Origin: Dictyostelium discoideum
Taxonomy: Eukaryota
DNA length: 64,000 nt
NCBI GenBank assembly: GCA_000004695.1
Contig: CM000150.2
Location: forward strand, 2,560,001 to 2,624,000
Direction: 5' to 3'
Below the pieces are notes generated by a model. That model searched no databases, had not been told where the DNA came from, and saw only the letters and a program-made list of their open reading frames with translations. Positions 10,683-21,653 of the stretch are shown piece by piece; positions within the stretch are counted from its first letter, which is position 1, and each line of letters begins with the position of its first letter. The position numbers and the translations under genes are program-made.

Positions 10683-12593
10683 TTAAACTTCTTCTTGTTT
10701 ATTTTCTTTATCTTTATTTTCTTTATCTTTATTTTCTTTATCTTTATTTTCTTTTCTAATAATTCTTTTAATATTATTTGGATTTAATGGATCTAAATGT
10801 GGATTATATTGACCAGGTTGATATTTCTTTTGAGGTACCCATTTAATATCTCTTTCTCTTGGTTTAAAATCAATATAATTTGAAGATTTTAATAATTTTT
10901 GACGACGTTCAATTAATTGGTCATCGGTTAAAGTTGGATCACGTAATGAAGAGATGAAAGCTATATTTTTAGTTGATGGAATTCTAAGAGTTTCTTTAAT
11001 GACATTGAAACCACATTCATTTGAAACCTTTTCAATATAATTTAAATAACAAGAATATTTACCAATACGAGTATCATTCTCTTTAAAACGAGAATTAAAA
11101 TTATAGAAACAACATGGTAATAAAAAGAATCTTTGATTTGGTAATTTCGAAGTTATATAAGGTACCCATGGTGTTAGCTCATCGGAATGATTACCAATGA
11201 TCCAATCATATTGTTCAAAAGTTGTATCTTTTGGTAAGATTGCTTCTTCAATTAAATTCTTTTGAACTTGGTCATCGTATTTTGCCCAAATCTTTCTTGA
11301 ACGTAAATCAATACCAATTCCATCATAACCTTCTTTATTTAAAATATGAACCAATAACCCATTGCCACAACCTATATCAATGAATCTTTGAGTTGGTTTA
11401 TTTGGTGATTTACCATTTTCTTGATTCTCTTTTCTCCAAATACAAATTAAATAAGCAGCGATTGCAACATCCTCATAAATGAATTTCTGTGGATCAGTTT
11501 GTGTCACCTCTTTCCAACCCTCTTCCATAGTTTTATAACGTTGTTTCATCTCTTCATACATTGATAAAAATACATTCTTTGGTACAATTTGATCAAGATT
11601 TGCTTTCTTTTTATAACCAATCTCATAATTGACACCCCAACGATTTAATTTCTCTAAAATTTGTTTTGATGTTTTATCGAATTTTGGTTGAAATTCTTTA
11701 AAATAAATTACTTGAATTTTTAAAATTCCTTTAAAATTAATAATTTCTTCTTCTTGTTGTTCTTCTTTTTTTTTTTCTTTGTTTGGGTTTGATTTATTTT
11801 TTTTTTGTTTTTGTTTTTGTTTTTTTTGTTTCTCAATTTCATCATTTATTTCTTTTTCTAATAATTGATTAATTAAATCTTTATCTTTAATTGAATCTAA
11901 TTGTTGATAGATTATATTAAATCCTAATACTTTTGGATAAAAGAATGGTAGTAATCTTGCATTATCAATAACATTTAACATTGGTATGAATTGACATTGA
12001 TTGCTTGATTTACGATGATACACTAATTCATCAATTGATGGATCTCTATTCAATAATCTTGGTATTAAATGTCTTTTATAAATGATTGTTTCAACTTTAT
12101 CATCTAAATATTCAATTGCTAATTCACTTTCATTTATATCCTTTGTATTTATATCCTTTTCAATACTACCATCTTGTTTAAATATATTTTCATTTTCATC
12201 TTCATCTTCATCATTTTCACAACCATGATGTTTATGTTTTTGTTTTTTTAATTTATTTTCATTTTCATCATTTTCATCTTCTTTTTCTTTTTCTTTTTCT
12301 TCTTTTTCATAATTTTCTTTTTCTTTTTCTTCATTTTCATTTAAAAATATACCAGATAAATTCTTTTTAAAAATATAATTTGATAATTGTTGATTGTTTT
12401 TATCATAGGTTGATTTATTTGTTAAACTAAATTTCTTTGCACTTTTATTCATACATTGTGGATTTAATGACCATTTCTCCATTGTATACCAAAATGATTC
12501 TAATGTCATTCTAGTTGGTAATGAATAAACATCTTCCCATTTTCCAAGTTTAATTAAAATTTCATTTTCCTCAATGTAATTAGTTTCGTTCAT
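10683..12593 (-). CDS. Probable tRNA (uracil-2'-O)-methyltransferase, TRM44 family (636 aa), with long acidic/lysine low-complexity inserts
   Basis: The motif FIDIGCGNGLLVHILNKEGYDGIGIDLRSRKIW resembles the TRM44 SAM-binding signature (DxGCGNGLL..EGY.G.G.D). Single ORF with ATG and stop. The family assignment is from memory of the motif and has not been searched. Confidence 0.55.
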   Translation of the reverse strand: MNETNYIEENEILIKLGKWEDVYSLPTRMTLESFWYTMEKWSLNPQCMNKSAKKFSLTNKSTYDKNNQQLSNYIFKKNLSGIFLNENEEKEKENYEKEEKEKEKEDENDENENKLKKQKHKHHGCENDEDEDENENIFKQDGSIEKDINTKDINESELAIEYLDDKVETIIYKRHLIPRLLNRDPSIDELVYHRKSSNQCQFIPMLNVIDNARLLPFFYPKVLGFNIIYQQLDSIKDKDLINQLLEKEINDEIEKQKKQKQKQKKNKSNPNKEKKKEEQQEEEIINFKGILKIQVIYFKEFQPKFDKTSKQILEKLNRWGVNYEIGYKKKANLDQIVPKNVFLSMYEEMKQRYKTMEEGWKEVTQTDPQKFIYEDVAIAAYLICIWRKENQENGKSPNKPTQRFIDIGCGNGLLVHILNKEGYDGIGIDLRSRKIWAKYDDQVQKNLIEEAILPKDTTFEQYDWIIGNHSDELTPWVPYITSKLPNQRFFLLPCCFYNFNSRFKENDTRIGKYSCYLNYIEKVSNECGFNVIKETLRIPSTKNIAFISSLRDPTLTDDQLIERRQKLLKSSNYIDFKPRERDIKWVPQKKYQPGQYNPHLDPLNPNNIKRIIRKENKDKENKDKENKDKENKQEEV

Positions 12594-12944
12594 TTTTAAC
12601 CGTAAAAAATAAAAAAAAAAATGAAATTGAAAAAAAAAAAAAAAAATCTCTTTCTTGTGTTTTTCAAAAAAATAAAAAAATAAAAATAATAATAAAAATA
12701 ATAATAAAAATAAAAATAATTTTTTAATAATTTCCTAATAATATCACTAGTGTTTAATTTTATATTTATTTTCAATATTTTTATTTTTATTTTATTATTA
12801 TTTTTGTTATTATTAATTATAATTCAAAATTATTTATTTATTATTTTTATTTTTACTTTTATTATTTTTATTTTTTATTTTTTATTTTCTATTTTATTTT
12901 CTATTTTATTCTTTTTCCAAAATGAAAGACCCTGGGAATAAATA

Positions 12945-13711
12945 TCAAAAATTTTTATCATTTAGTGAATTATCAATAGTATAAATAATTTCATCTAAAA
13001 ATGGTTTTGATATATTTTGATTATATAGATTTTCTTTAAGGTAAATTGAATATTCAATAAAAGGATCAGTTGGTGGATCGTCTGGAATAACATGAAAAAG
13101 AATATTATATTTCATAGCGATTTCTTGGATAGTTGAATGGGAATTACTATAGAATTCAGAAGTATATAAAACCGAATTTTCTTTAATGAAACCACTTTTA
13201 AAAACTTCTTCAAAATATTCCACAATTAATTCTGGTCTAGATCTTGATTCTTCTTTTTTTATTTTATAAATGCATACATTTAAATTAAGAATAAAAATTC
13301 CTTCATAATTTTCAGATTCTCCAGATTGATTCTTAACATAACTTAATTTTGATTTATCCAATCCTAAAAATTTCCACGCCAACAAATAAAAAAAAATAAA
13401 AAATAAAAAAATAAAAATGATTAGAAAATGAATTTTTTTTTGATAATAAAAAATAAAATAGTTACTTGATGAATTAAAGTTTATTTGATGAGCAAAATAA
13501 ACATTTTCCCAATTTGAATTGTAAACAATGTCATTAAAAAAATGAAAATCCCAATAATTTTCAACTTCAAATTTAGTTATCTTTTAAAAAAAATTAATTA
13601 ATAAATAAATATTTTATTTTATTTTTTATTTGTTTATTTATTTATTTATTTTTTTTTATTTTTTTTTTTTAAAAAAAAAAGAAAATTACAAACATTTTTA
13701 TTATTAGACAT
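12945..13711 (-). CDS. Hypothetical protein; proposed exons 13711-13694, 13580-13466, 13363-12945 (about 186 aa)
   Basis: The main exon (the track ORF begins at an in-frame TTG, not ATG) must be preceded by an acceptor TTTTTAG at 13365-13364. Upstream, the stop-free exon ITKFEVENYWDFHFFNDIVYNSNWENVYFAHQINFNSS ends with donor GTAACT (phase 1) and starts after acceptor AAAAG. ATGTCTAATAATAAAAAT + GTTTGT is a possible first micro-exon. Exon 3 is solid; exons 1-2 are tentative, and only about 140 bp separate this start from the subtilase stop. Confidence 0.4.
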
Positions 13712-13852
13712 TGAATCTACAAAAAATGACCTATCATTTTATCTTGGCAATTAATTAGATAAAAATTAAATAGATAATTTAAATTATAAAAAAAAAAAAA
13801 AAAGATTTGGATAGTAGATATATTACACGTGTGTTATTACACTATTATAAAT

Positions 13853-15961
13853 TTATTTATTAATTTCGTCAAGTTTTAAATTATTTTGATTTTTTCTTTT
13901 TGATAAATTTCTATTTTTTAAAATGATTAAAGTTAAAGAAATTGATAATAAAAGGAAACCACCAATTCCAACAGTTAAACCAATTATTAATTTATTTCTA
14001 TGGGAAATATTATTATTTTCATCATCATAATCTTGATTATTATTATTATTAGAACTATCAACAAATCTTTGATTATCTAGTATACATTGACTTTCATTAC
14101 CACCACATAAACCACATTTATTGAAACTAGCATTGGTGCAAATTGGACAAATATCTCTTGGATCATATGATGAAATAATATTATTATTATTATCTTTATA
14201 ATCAATACAAATGAATGATTGATTGAATTTATCAATTTGACATTTACCACCTCTATTATTACACTGAGCAAAAGTACATCCAATTTTTTCATATTGGCAA
14301 TACTCACCATAATGTGTTACTGCACAGGTGCAAATGTCATTACAACAACCACCATACCCAGAACAACCTTTAGTTGAACAATTATTATTATCATTATTAA
14401 AACTATTATTAAATTTATAATTAAATGCATTAAATGCATTAAAAATACCATAACCATAATAAATATTTGGATTTAAATAATTTGAAGAAGTTTTTAATAA
14501 TGCTTCTTGAATTTGAATTGGTGACCAATTTGGATGAGCTTGCATTAATAATGCAATACCTGATGCAACCAAAGGACATGAAAAACTAGTACCACTACCA
14601 ATTGCATAACTTGAATAACCAGTTGGAGATGCATAATAATTTTTAACACCTAGTCCCATAACATCAGGTTTCACTCTACCATCAGATGAAGGGCCAATAG
14701 ATGAGAATGGAGCAACATTTCCATTTTGATCTATTGCACCAACTGATATTACATATTTACCATCTGCAGGTGAGCCAATACCTTTTGCACCATCATTACC
14801 AGCACTGTTGACAATTAGCATACCTTTCTCTGTTGCAATATCGGCTATTTTAGCCAACCTAGTGGTACCATCCATTTGATAGAATTTGTACCAATCTGTG
14901 TAACCTAGACTTGAGGACACCAAAGTTGCACCCAACCTCTCACCCCACTCAATTGCAGCTATCCAATCATCTTCTTCAACTTGTGTTTCACTTCTAACAT
15001 CTTCAGTTTTTCCCAATAATACTGAACTACCATATGCAGCACCCACCATAACACCAGGATTATATGCTGCCAATAATGATAATGTTGCTGTACCATGTGC
15101 TGTACTTGATTCATAACCTTGATAGTTATTTGATGTATCAACTATATTATCAACGAAATTATATTCATCAATTATATTCAAATGTTGAAATACTTGATGA
15201 GATTTATAAAATCCTGAATCTAATATCAATATAATTATACCACTACCATTATATCCTAATTCTTGAATTTTATTAATATTTAATTGATTAATACCTAAAT
15301 ATGTTTTACCATAAAAATTTTCATCATAAATTACATTATTTGTTGTTTTTAAATTTTTATAATTTTCTTTTTCTTCTTCTTCATTATTTTTTAAATTTTG
15401 TTTAAGATTGGTATTTCTTTTATATTTTAAAACTAAATCAATTGATTTTACAAATGAATAATTTGTAATACATGTTATTATTTCATCATTTCTATTTATA
15501 ATTGATGGTGAAATTTTGATTGAAATTGAATTTAACCAATTTGATTTATGATTCAATTCAATTATATTTTTATTATTTGAACAATTTAAAATTTTATTAA
15601 TGTAACCATTTGAAACTTTTAAATCATTTTCATCAATAAAATTTAAATTTGATTTTAAAGATGAAGATCTATTTATTCTTCTTTTAGTTGATTCTTTACT
15701 AATTTTTAATAAATTTGATTTTTTAGTTTCTTTTGAATTGAAAAATATCCAAATTTTTGATTCATCTTTATTATTATTATTAATATTAAAATTATTATTT
15801 AAATTGGCAGTAGTATTATCTTTATTATTATTAAAATTATATTCAAAATGGAAATTTAAATTTTTTGATATTTTTAAATTTATATTTTCATTATTTACAT
15901 TAATACCATTACAGGTAAAAATCAATAGATAAAAAACAAATAATGAAACAAATCTATTCAT
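13853..15961 (-). CDS. Membrane-anchored subtilisin-like serine protease (peptidase S8) with an EGF-like Cys-rich stalk (702 aa)
   Basis: Signal peptide and N-rich propeptide. Catalytic triad motifs ILDSGF (Asp), HGTATLS (His) and GTSFSCPLVASG (Ser). Then a Cys-rich EGF-like segment (CSTKGCSGYGGCCNDICTCAVTHYGEYCQYEKIGCTFAQCNNRGGKCQ..CPICTNASFNKCGLCGG), the TM segment LIIGLTVGIGGFLLLSISLTLIIL and a short basic tail. Confidence 0.9.
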   Translation of the reverse strand: MNRFVSLFVFYLLIFTCNGINVNNENINLKISKNLNFHFEYNFNNNKDNTTANLNNNFNINNNNKDESKIWIFFNSKETKKSNLLKISKESTKRRINRSSSLKSNLNFIDENDLKVSNGYINKILNCSNNKNIIELNHKSNWLNSISIKISPSIINRNDEIITCITNYSFVKSIDLVLKYKRNTNLKQNLKNNEEEEKENYKNLKTTNNVIYDENFYGKTYLGINQLNINKIQELGYNGSGIIILILDSGFYKSHQVFQHLNIIDEYNFVDNIVDTSNNYQGYESSTAHGTATLSLLAAYNPGVMVGAAYGSSVLLGKTEDVRSETQVEEDDWIAAIEWGERLGATLVSSSLGYTDWYKFYQMDGTTRLAKIADIATEKGMLIVNSAGNDGAKGIGSPADGKYVISVGAIDQNGNVAPFSSIGPSSDGRVKPDVMGLGVKNYYASPTGYSSYAIGSGTSFSCPLVASGIALLMQAHPNWSPIQIQEALLKTSSNYLNPNIYYGYGIFNAFNAFNYKFNNSFNNDNNNCSTKGCSGYGGCCNDICTCAVTHYGEYCQYEKIGCTFAQCNNRGGKCQIDKFNQSFICIDYKDNNNNIISSYDPRDICPICTNASFNKCGLCGGNESQCILDNQRFVDSSNNNNNQDYDDENNNISHRNKLIIGLTVGIGGFLLLSISLTLIILKNRNLSKRKNQNNLKLDEINK

Positions 15962-16334
15962 TTTGTTAAAAAAAAAAAAAAAAAAAAAAGATATTTTGTG
16001 TGGGAATAAAAAAAAACTGAAAAAAAAAAAAAATCAAATGCTTGTGTCAATGTGAAAAGTTATAAAAAGCCAACTGTTTTTTTTTTTTTTTAATCTGAAA
16101 GCTATTTGTATTAAAATGAGTTTACTAAATATATAAAAAAATAGTTTTTCATAGGTGTATGACAGATATAGATAATTTCCAAAATTAATGAAAGTATTAA
16201 TTGTAATGCTTCCTTAATGTTTTATTTAATAATAATAATAATTATAATAATAATCATCATTATAGTAATTTAAATTAATTAATTATATGTTTATTATTAT
16301 TTTTTTTTTTTATTATTATTTTTATAAAATTATT

Positions 16335-17074
16335 TTATTCGGCATTATAATGATCGTTGTTATTATAAAATGGATCTTTTGAATTTAATAAATTTCTTGT
16401 GGTTTCGTACATTAAGAAATTTACAGCGCTAGTTGGAAAAGCTCTTAAAATGGTAGCACTAAAACCACGAAAGAATACTGATATTCCTTCCTCTCTATAG
16501 ATTTTAGTGATAGTTTGTAAAACACTTGTATATTGTGGTGGTAAATGATCAGGTTGAGTTTGAATTCTAGTTTTAACTACATCCATTGGATAAATTGACA
16601 TCCAAAATGACATACCAGCACAACCACCAGCACCAATGGCAACCCATGCTGGTACACCTGCTTTTGGTGATGAATTATCATTATTATCATTATTATTATT
16701 ATTGTTATTGTTGTTTTTTGAAAGAGCTAATAATTTTCTTTTCATAAATTCATAAACTACAAAATAAACAGCATCACCTGGAATATCACGACAAAAAGTT
16801 GATCTTATACCTTTAAACATTCCTTTAATTCCATCCCTTTTAATCGTTTGTCTAATTACATCGATTGGTCCTTTATATTGAAGAGAAACATTGGTCGATC
16901 CAAATGGTCTACATTGAACCTGTAATTTCGATTTCACTAAATCTCTTGGTGTAATTAATAATGATATAACCCCACCTGCTATCGCTCCTGCCGCTGCAGC
17001 TCTATTTTTATAAAAAAAAAATAAATAAATAAATAAAAACAAACTATTAAATTCCATAATATCATTTTTTTTTG

Positions 17075-17105
<31 letters not shown>

Positions 17106-17600
17106 TATTTCCTACTTACTTATGATATGGTATTAAAATATCTTCACCATTTTCATCTTTACAAGGTGGATGAAAATAACTTTGACAAAAGTTATTTGTT
17201 GCAAAGAAAACTGAATTTGTAAATGAAACACTAAAAAGTGGAACTGATAATCCCCTATATATTCCTTTAATCTAAAATTTTAAAATAAACACACACACAC
17301 CACACACCACACAACTACAATTAATAAAGTTTAAAAAAAAAAATAAAAAAGTTTGGATTATAAAAATATATAATTATTATTTACTCCATCAACTTTCATA
17401 ATATATTTTAAAGCTTGGAAACCATTTTTAAATTTTGGTAAATTTCCTGAAGCATCTTGCAACATAACTTTAATGGTATCAAATGGATGACCTGCCATAA
17501 TCGAAGACATTCCACCAACTGAACCTGCTACAAAGTCTTTACCAACTGAATTTAAAATTCCAGCTGCCGCCCATTTATTATTTGTTTTGGTTGAGTCCAT
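16335..17600 (-). CDS. Mitochondrial substrate carrier family protein; exons 17600-17385, 17271-17120, 17001-16335
   Basis: Exon 1 has the carrier signature PFDTIKVMLQ (Px[DE]xx[KR]). Introns: GTAAAT..TTTTAG (113 nt, phase 0) and GTAAGT..AAAATAG (118 nt, phase 2). Exon 2 is IKGIYRGLSVPLFSVSFTNSVFFATNNF... Exon 3 holds the 2nd and 3rd repeats (PRDLVKSKLQ, PMDVVKTRIQ) with an N-rich loop. Confidence 0.85.
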
Positions 17601-18521
17601 GGAAATTTATCATAACTGATTTTTATATTATCTCTTTTTTTTTTATTTTTTTTTTTTTTATTTTCTTTTTTTTCTATAAAATAATTAAATGTTTAAATGT
17701 GTGTATATATATTTATGTATAATAAAACCTATATTTATACTACTATTAAATTTATTTAAGTTTTTTTGGGTATTTTTTTATTTTTTATTTTTTTATAAAT
17801 AATTATTATAACAAATTTAATTTAAAAGGTTATTATATAATTTAGAAAAAAAAAAAATATAATGATAATAATAATATTTAATGTGTTGATTATTTTAATT
17901 TTTATTCTTATAATTATTATTACACAAAAATGTATAAATAAAGTTTGAAACTAATATAAAATTTTTAAAAAAAAAAAAAAAACAAAAAAAAAAAAAAAAA
18001 CAAGATTTGTTGTGCGTATGTAAATATGAATTACTTTATTTGATGCAAACGAGTCAAAAAAAAAAAATTTTAAAAAAAAAAAAAAAAAAAAAAAATAAAA
18101 TAAAAAAAAAAAAAAAAAAAATTAAAAAAAATTCTTTTTTTTATTTTTATTTTATTTTTAATTTATTATTTCTTTTTTTATTTTTTTTTAAATCTCAAAC
18201 AATTGTTATTTTATCTCAATTAATTGTTTTTTTTTTAATTTTTTTAATTTTATTTTTTTTTTATTTTTTTTTTTAGTAAAATTAATTTTGTATAAAAAAT
18301 TTAAAAATTAAAAAAAAAATATTTGGTGATTAGTTTGAAGCTTCAATGAATTTTTAAAAATATCTTTTAATATTTTTTTTTTTACTTTTTTTTATTTTTA
18401 TTTTTTTATTTTTGAGAAAAAAAAATGAAATCTTTTTATTTTTTTTTGATCAAAAAAAATGTTTTTTTATTTATTTTTTTATTTACTTTTCTTTTTTGGT
18501 CCAACCCACACTGTTTAAAAA

Positions 18522-21449
18522 ATGAATAAAAAAACAATATTATTTTTATTTTTATTTTTATTTTTATTTTTAATAAAAACTGGAAATTCTAAAAATAATG
18601 ATGGTGGAAGTGGAAGTAGAGGAGATGATGAAACTATGACACTTTTAGGAGTTGAAGATGCAGTAGCTTCAGGTTTATCAACAACTACACGAACATCAGG
18701 ACCAGTTACAGTGCCTCCAGAAGTAACCTTAAGTCCAAATGTAATTTCTACACTTTCCAGATTTGCATTTCCTTTTGATATAAAAAATTACTTTCAAGTT
18801 TTTAGTGATAAATCACTTAAATTCACAGACTATATTTTATCAGTATCAATTCAAGATCCAGTAACTACTAATTTTCAACAATTATTGTGTTCTCCATTAG
18901 ATTACGAAGCCACATGTTTATTGGATATTGGTAAAACTGCATACCTTGATAGAAATATAATTGTAACTTTAAATTCAACATTTGCAACGCACACATTCCC
19001 AATATCAATGTTTAATGTTGACTCAATTACTCAAGTTAGAGACACAATTGTAGCAAATGGAAATGGATTTGATAAAATTAGTTTAATATTTTGTTATTTT
19101 GTCATTCAAGCTACTAGTGGTCAATACTCGTATAATCCAACATTAATTTCCTCAACAATTTTATCAATTCCAATTATTGATGCATACAAGTATGAAATGA
19201 ATGGAACTGTTTCATTCAAGTATTCTGCTGATATAGTTTATCAAGAAACACTTGCACCATTTGTACCATTCATTAGTAGTGTTTCACCACCATTAGTCAA
19301 ATTAGATACAATTGTTACAGTTACTGGTGTATTCTTTTTCCAAAAAACAATAGGGTCATTGGTATTCAATGGTTCATATTATAGTGAACAAAATATGGAC
19401 CTGTATTCACTTGACTTTTCAAATGAGTCGATAATGTATATTAATGGTACAGCACTTTCATTTTATTTTCAAGGAGATGCCTCTTTCACCTTTAAAAGAA
19501 ATCAAGAATCTTTACCATTTAGCGATACTAGATCAAATTTAGTGAATTTGAAAATTGTACAACCAAAAATCATTGATATTTCCTATGATATTTCTCAAGA
19601 TTTATTAAATATTAGAGGAAATTTCTTAGACCCCGCTGTATATGAAATTAGTTTAAATGGTTTAATTTTTAATACTGATAGTATTTTACCAGATCCTTCA
19701 TTATCTACTAAAACTAATCTTTATTTTAAAAATCCACAACTTTACTATAGTTCTGCATATTTGGTTTGTTTGGGTACAAGTTCAGCTGGTTATTCACAAT
19801 TTAAAAGTCAATTAATACCAAAATTAGTAATTTTAGATAGGCTTGTTAAAAGAGGCGATAGAACAATTTATTTATCAGGTTCGTACTTATTACCAAATGA
19901 TAGGGTTAATAATCCAATTTATTCAATTAATATCTCAAGTAGTGGTAGTAGTAGTTCAAATCCAATTCAATGTTATAATATAAAAGTTTTAAAATATTTA
20001 TCATTTAAACAATTATATAATATTTCATGCCAAGTTGATAATTCATTAGAAAATGCAAATAGAATTCAATTTAATATGGTTGATACATCAGTTCCTCCAA
20101 TAACTTTTAGCTTTTCTTATCAACCACCAACTATTACATCAGTTTCTTCAACAATTTATAAAAAGCCAGGTGTTGTTACAATTAAAGGTAGTTCATTTTG
20201 TTCACAACCAACTATTACAATTGGTGATGATTCATGCTCACAACCTATACTTTCAGTTGGTAATGATTATGATAGTTTAACTTGTAATTTCCAATCAAAT
20301 GCTGGTCTATCAAATTCAACATTACTAGTTTCAATCATATGTGATACCATTCAAAATACCTCATCTCAATCATTTGTTTATATAAGAGATGATCCATGTC
20401 CATCATCAAGTACAGGTGTTTGTTCAGGTCCAACTAATGGTAAATGTAATGAAGATCAAAGACAATGTGAATGTAATACTGGTTATTCTGGATTTTCATG
20501 TTCAAATAAAGTAGATACTCAAGTTAAACCACCAATACCAATTATAAATGATACTAAAACTGTCATTGAAACTGGTATTGAAACTGGTGTTCAATTTGAA
20601 ATTGGTATTATTCAAATTAGAGAGATTCAAAGTTTTAATAATGATAAAGTTGTAAAATATATAAATTTAAAGAATGAGAAATGGAATTTAATTACAAAGT
20701 CAACTGATTTAAATGATATTGTAATTTATACATATGGTTTAATTGTTAATAATAATAAAACCAAAATCAATGTTCAAATTATGATAAACTCTGGTAATTC
20801 AACATCTTATGATTTTCTAGGTGACACTTTTACATTGTTACCAAATTCAGTTAAATATCAAGTTGAAATTATTGAATGGGATTTTGGAGCAACATTAAAT
20901 TCTTTACAAGTTTTATTTGAATCAAAAATTACTGCTACCAATAATAATAATAATTGTGATAATGATAATCAAGATCAAGAAATTTCTAAAAATATTTTAA
21001 TGAATGGTCAATCAATTAGAACAATTGAAATGAAGAGTATTAATGGTGATATTCTAGTTGGAACATTTTCAAATCGTTTAAAAATTGATGAAAGAGTAGT
21101 TGTTAGTTCAATTGAAATTTTATCACAAGATTCTTTATTATCAAGTAATATTTCAACAACACAAAATCAATCAGTAATTCAAGCTATAACTATAAACTAT
21201 TTTAAAACAAATGCTATTATCGATCCAAATTTTGGTGTACTTTTATCAAATGATCAAAATACTCCATCTCCAAATGGTTGTAATGAAAATACTAATTCAT
21301 CAAATAAATTTGCATCTTGGAAAATCGCTGTAATTGTAGTTTGTTCAGTTGTTGGTATTTCATTAATTGTAGTTTCAACCTCAATAATTTATAGAAAGAT
21401 TAGAAATAAATCTTTAATTTTAGAAATAAGATTAAAATTATCAAAATAA
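18522..21449 (+). CDS. Type I membrane glycoprotein with IPT/TIG-like domains and an EGF-like module (Tgr-family-like), 975 aa
   Basis: Signal peptide and S/T-rich region. Several IPT/TIG-like segments (PFISSVSPPLVKLDTIVTVTGVFF, PKIIDISYDISQDLLNIRGNFL, PTITSVSSTIYKKPGVVTIKGSSFCSQPTITIG). EGF-like CPSSSTGVCSGPTNGKCNEDQRQCECNTGYSGFSCS. TM IAVIVVCSVVGISLIVVSTSIIY plus a short basic tail. Single exon. Confidence 0.8.
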   Translation: MNKKTILFLFLFLFLFLIKTGNSKNNDGGSGSRGDDETMTLLGVEDAVASGLSTTTRTSGPVTVPPEVTLSPNVISTLSRFAFPFDIKNYFQVFSDKSLKFTDYILSVSIQDPVTTNFQQLLCSPLDYEATCLLDIGKTAYLDRNIIVTLNSTFATHTFPISMFNVDSITQVRDTIVANGNGFDKISLIFCYFVIQATSGQYSYNPTLISSTILSIPIIDAYKYEMNGTVSFKYSADIVYQETLAPFVPFISSVSPPLVKLDTIVTVTGVFFFQKTIGSLVFNGSYYSEQNMDLYSLDFSNESIMYINGTALSFYFQGDASFTFKRNQESLPFSDTRSNLVNLKIVQPKIIDISYDISQDLLNIRGNFLDPAVYEISLNGLIFNTDSILPDPSLSTKTNLYFKNPQLYYSSAYLVCLGTSSAGYSQFKSQLIPKLVILDRLVKRGDRTIYLSGSYLLPNDRVNNPIYSINISSSGSSSSNPIQCYNIKVLKYLSFKQLYNISCQVDNSLENANRIQFNMVDTSVPPITFSFSYQPPTITSVSSTIYKKPGVVTIKGSSFCSQPTITIGDDSCSQPILSVGNDYDSLTCNFQSNAGLSNSTLLVSIICDTIQNTSSQSFVYIRDDPCPSSSTGVCSGPTNGKCNEDQRQCECNTGYSGFSCSNKVDTQVKPPIPIINDTKTVIETGIETGVQFEIGIIQIREIQSFNNDKVVKYINLKNEKWNLITKSTDLNDIVIYTYGLIVNNNKTKINVQIMINSGNSTSYDFLGDTFTLLPNSVKYQVEIIEWDFGATLNSLQVLFESKITATNNNNNCDNDNQDQEISKNILMNGQSIRTIEMKSINGDILVGTFSNRLKIDERVVVSSIEILSQDSLLSSNISTTQNQSVIQAITINYFKTNAIIDPNFGVLLSNDQNTPSPNGCNENTNSSNKFASWKIAVIVVCSVVGISLIVVSTSIIYRKIRNKSLILEIRLKLSK

Positions 21450-21653
21450 ATTTTTTGTAACATTAATAATAATAATAATAATAAAAAAAATTAAAGAATT
21501 AAACACACCCTCCTTATTTTTCAGATGTAAAATAAAAAAAAAAAAAATGTCTTAAGTCAAATTTAATTTTGACATTTTTAAAACCCAAAAACATGGGGGT
21601 TAACCTAAAAAATTATTCTATTTTATTTTGTTTTTTATTCTGTTTTATTTTAT

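Noticed and set aside
17288-17312. CA-rich tracts (ACACACACACCACACACCACACAAC; also CACACACACACACA at 31543-31556)
   Set aside because: Considered as telomere-like/CnT repeats, but they are short, internal and adjacent to ordinary genes (a mitochondrial-carrier intron and the TBC first intron or UTR); more likely simple microsatellites.
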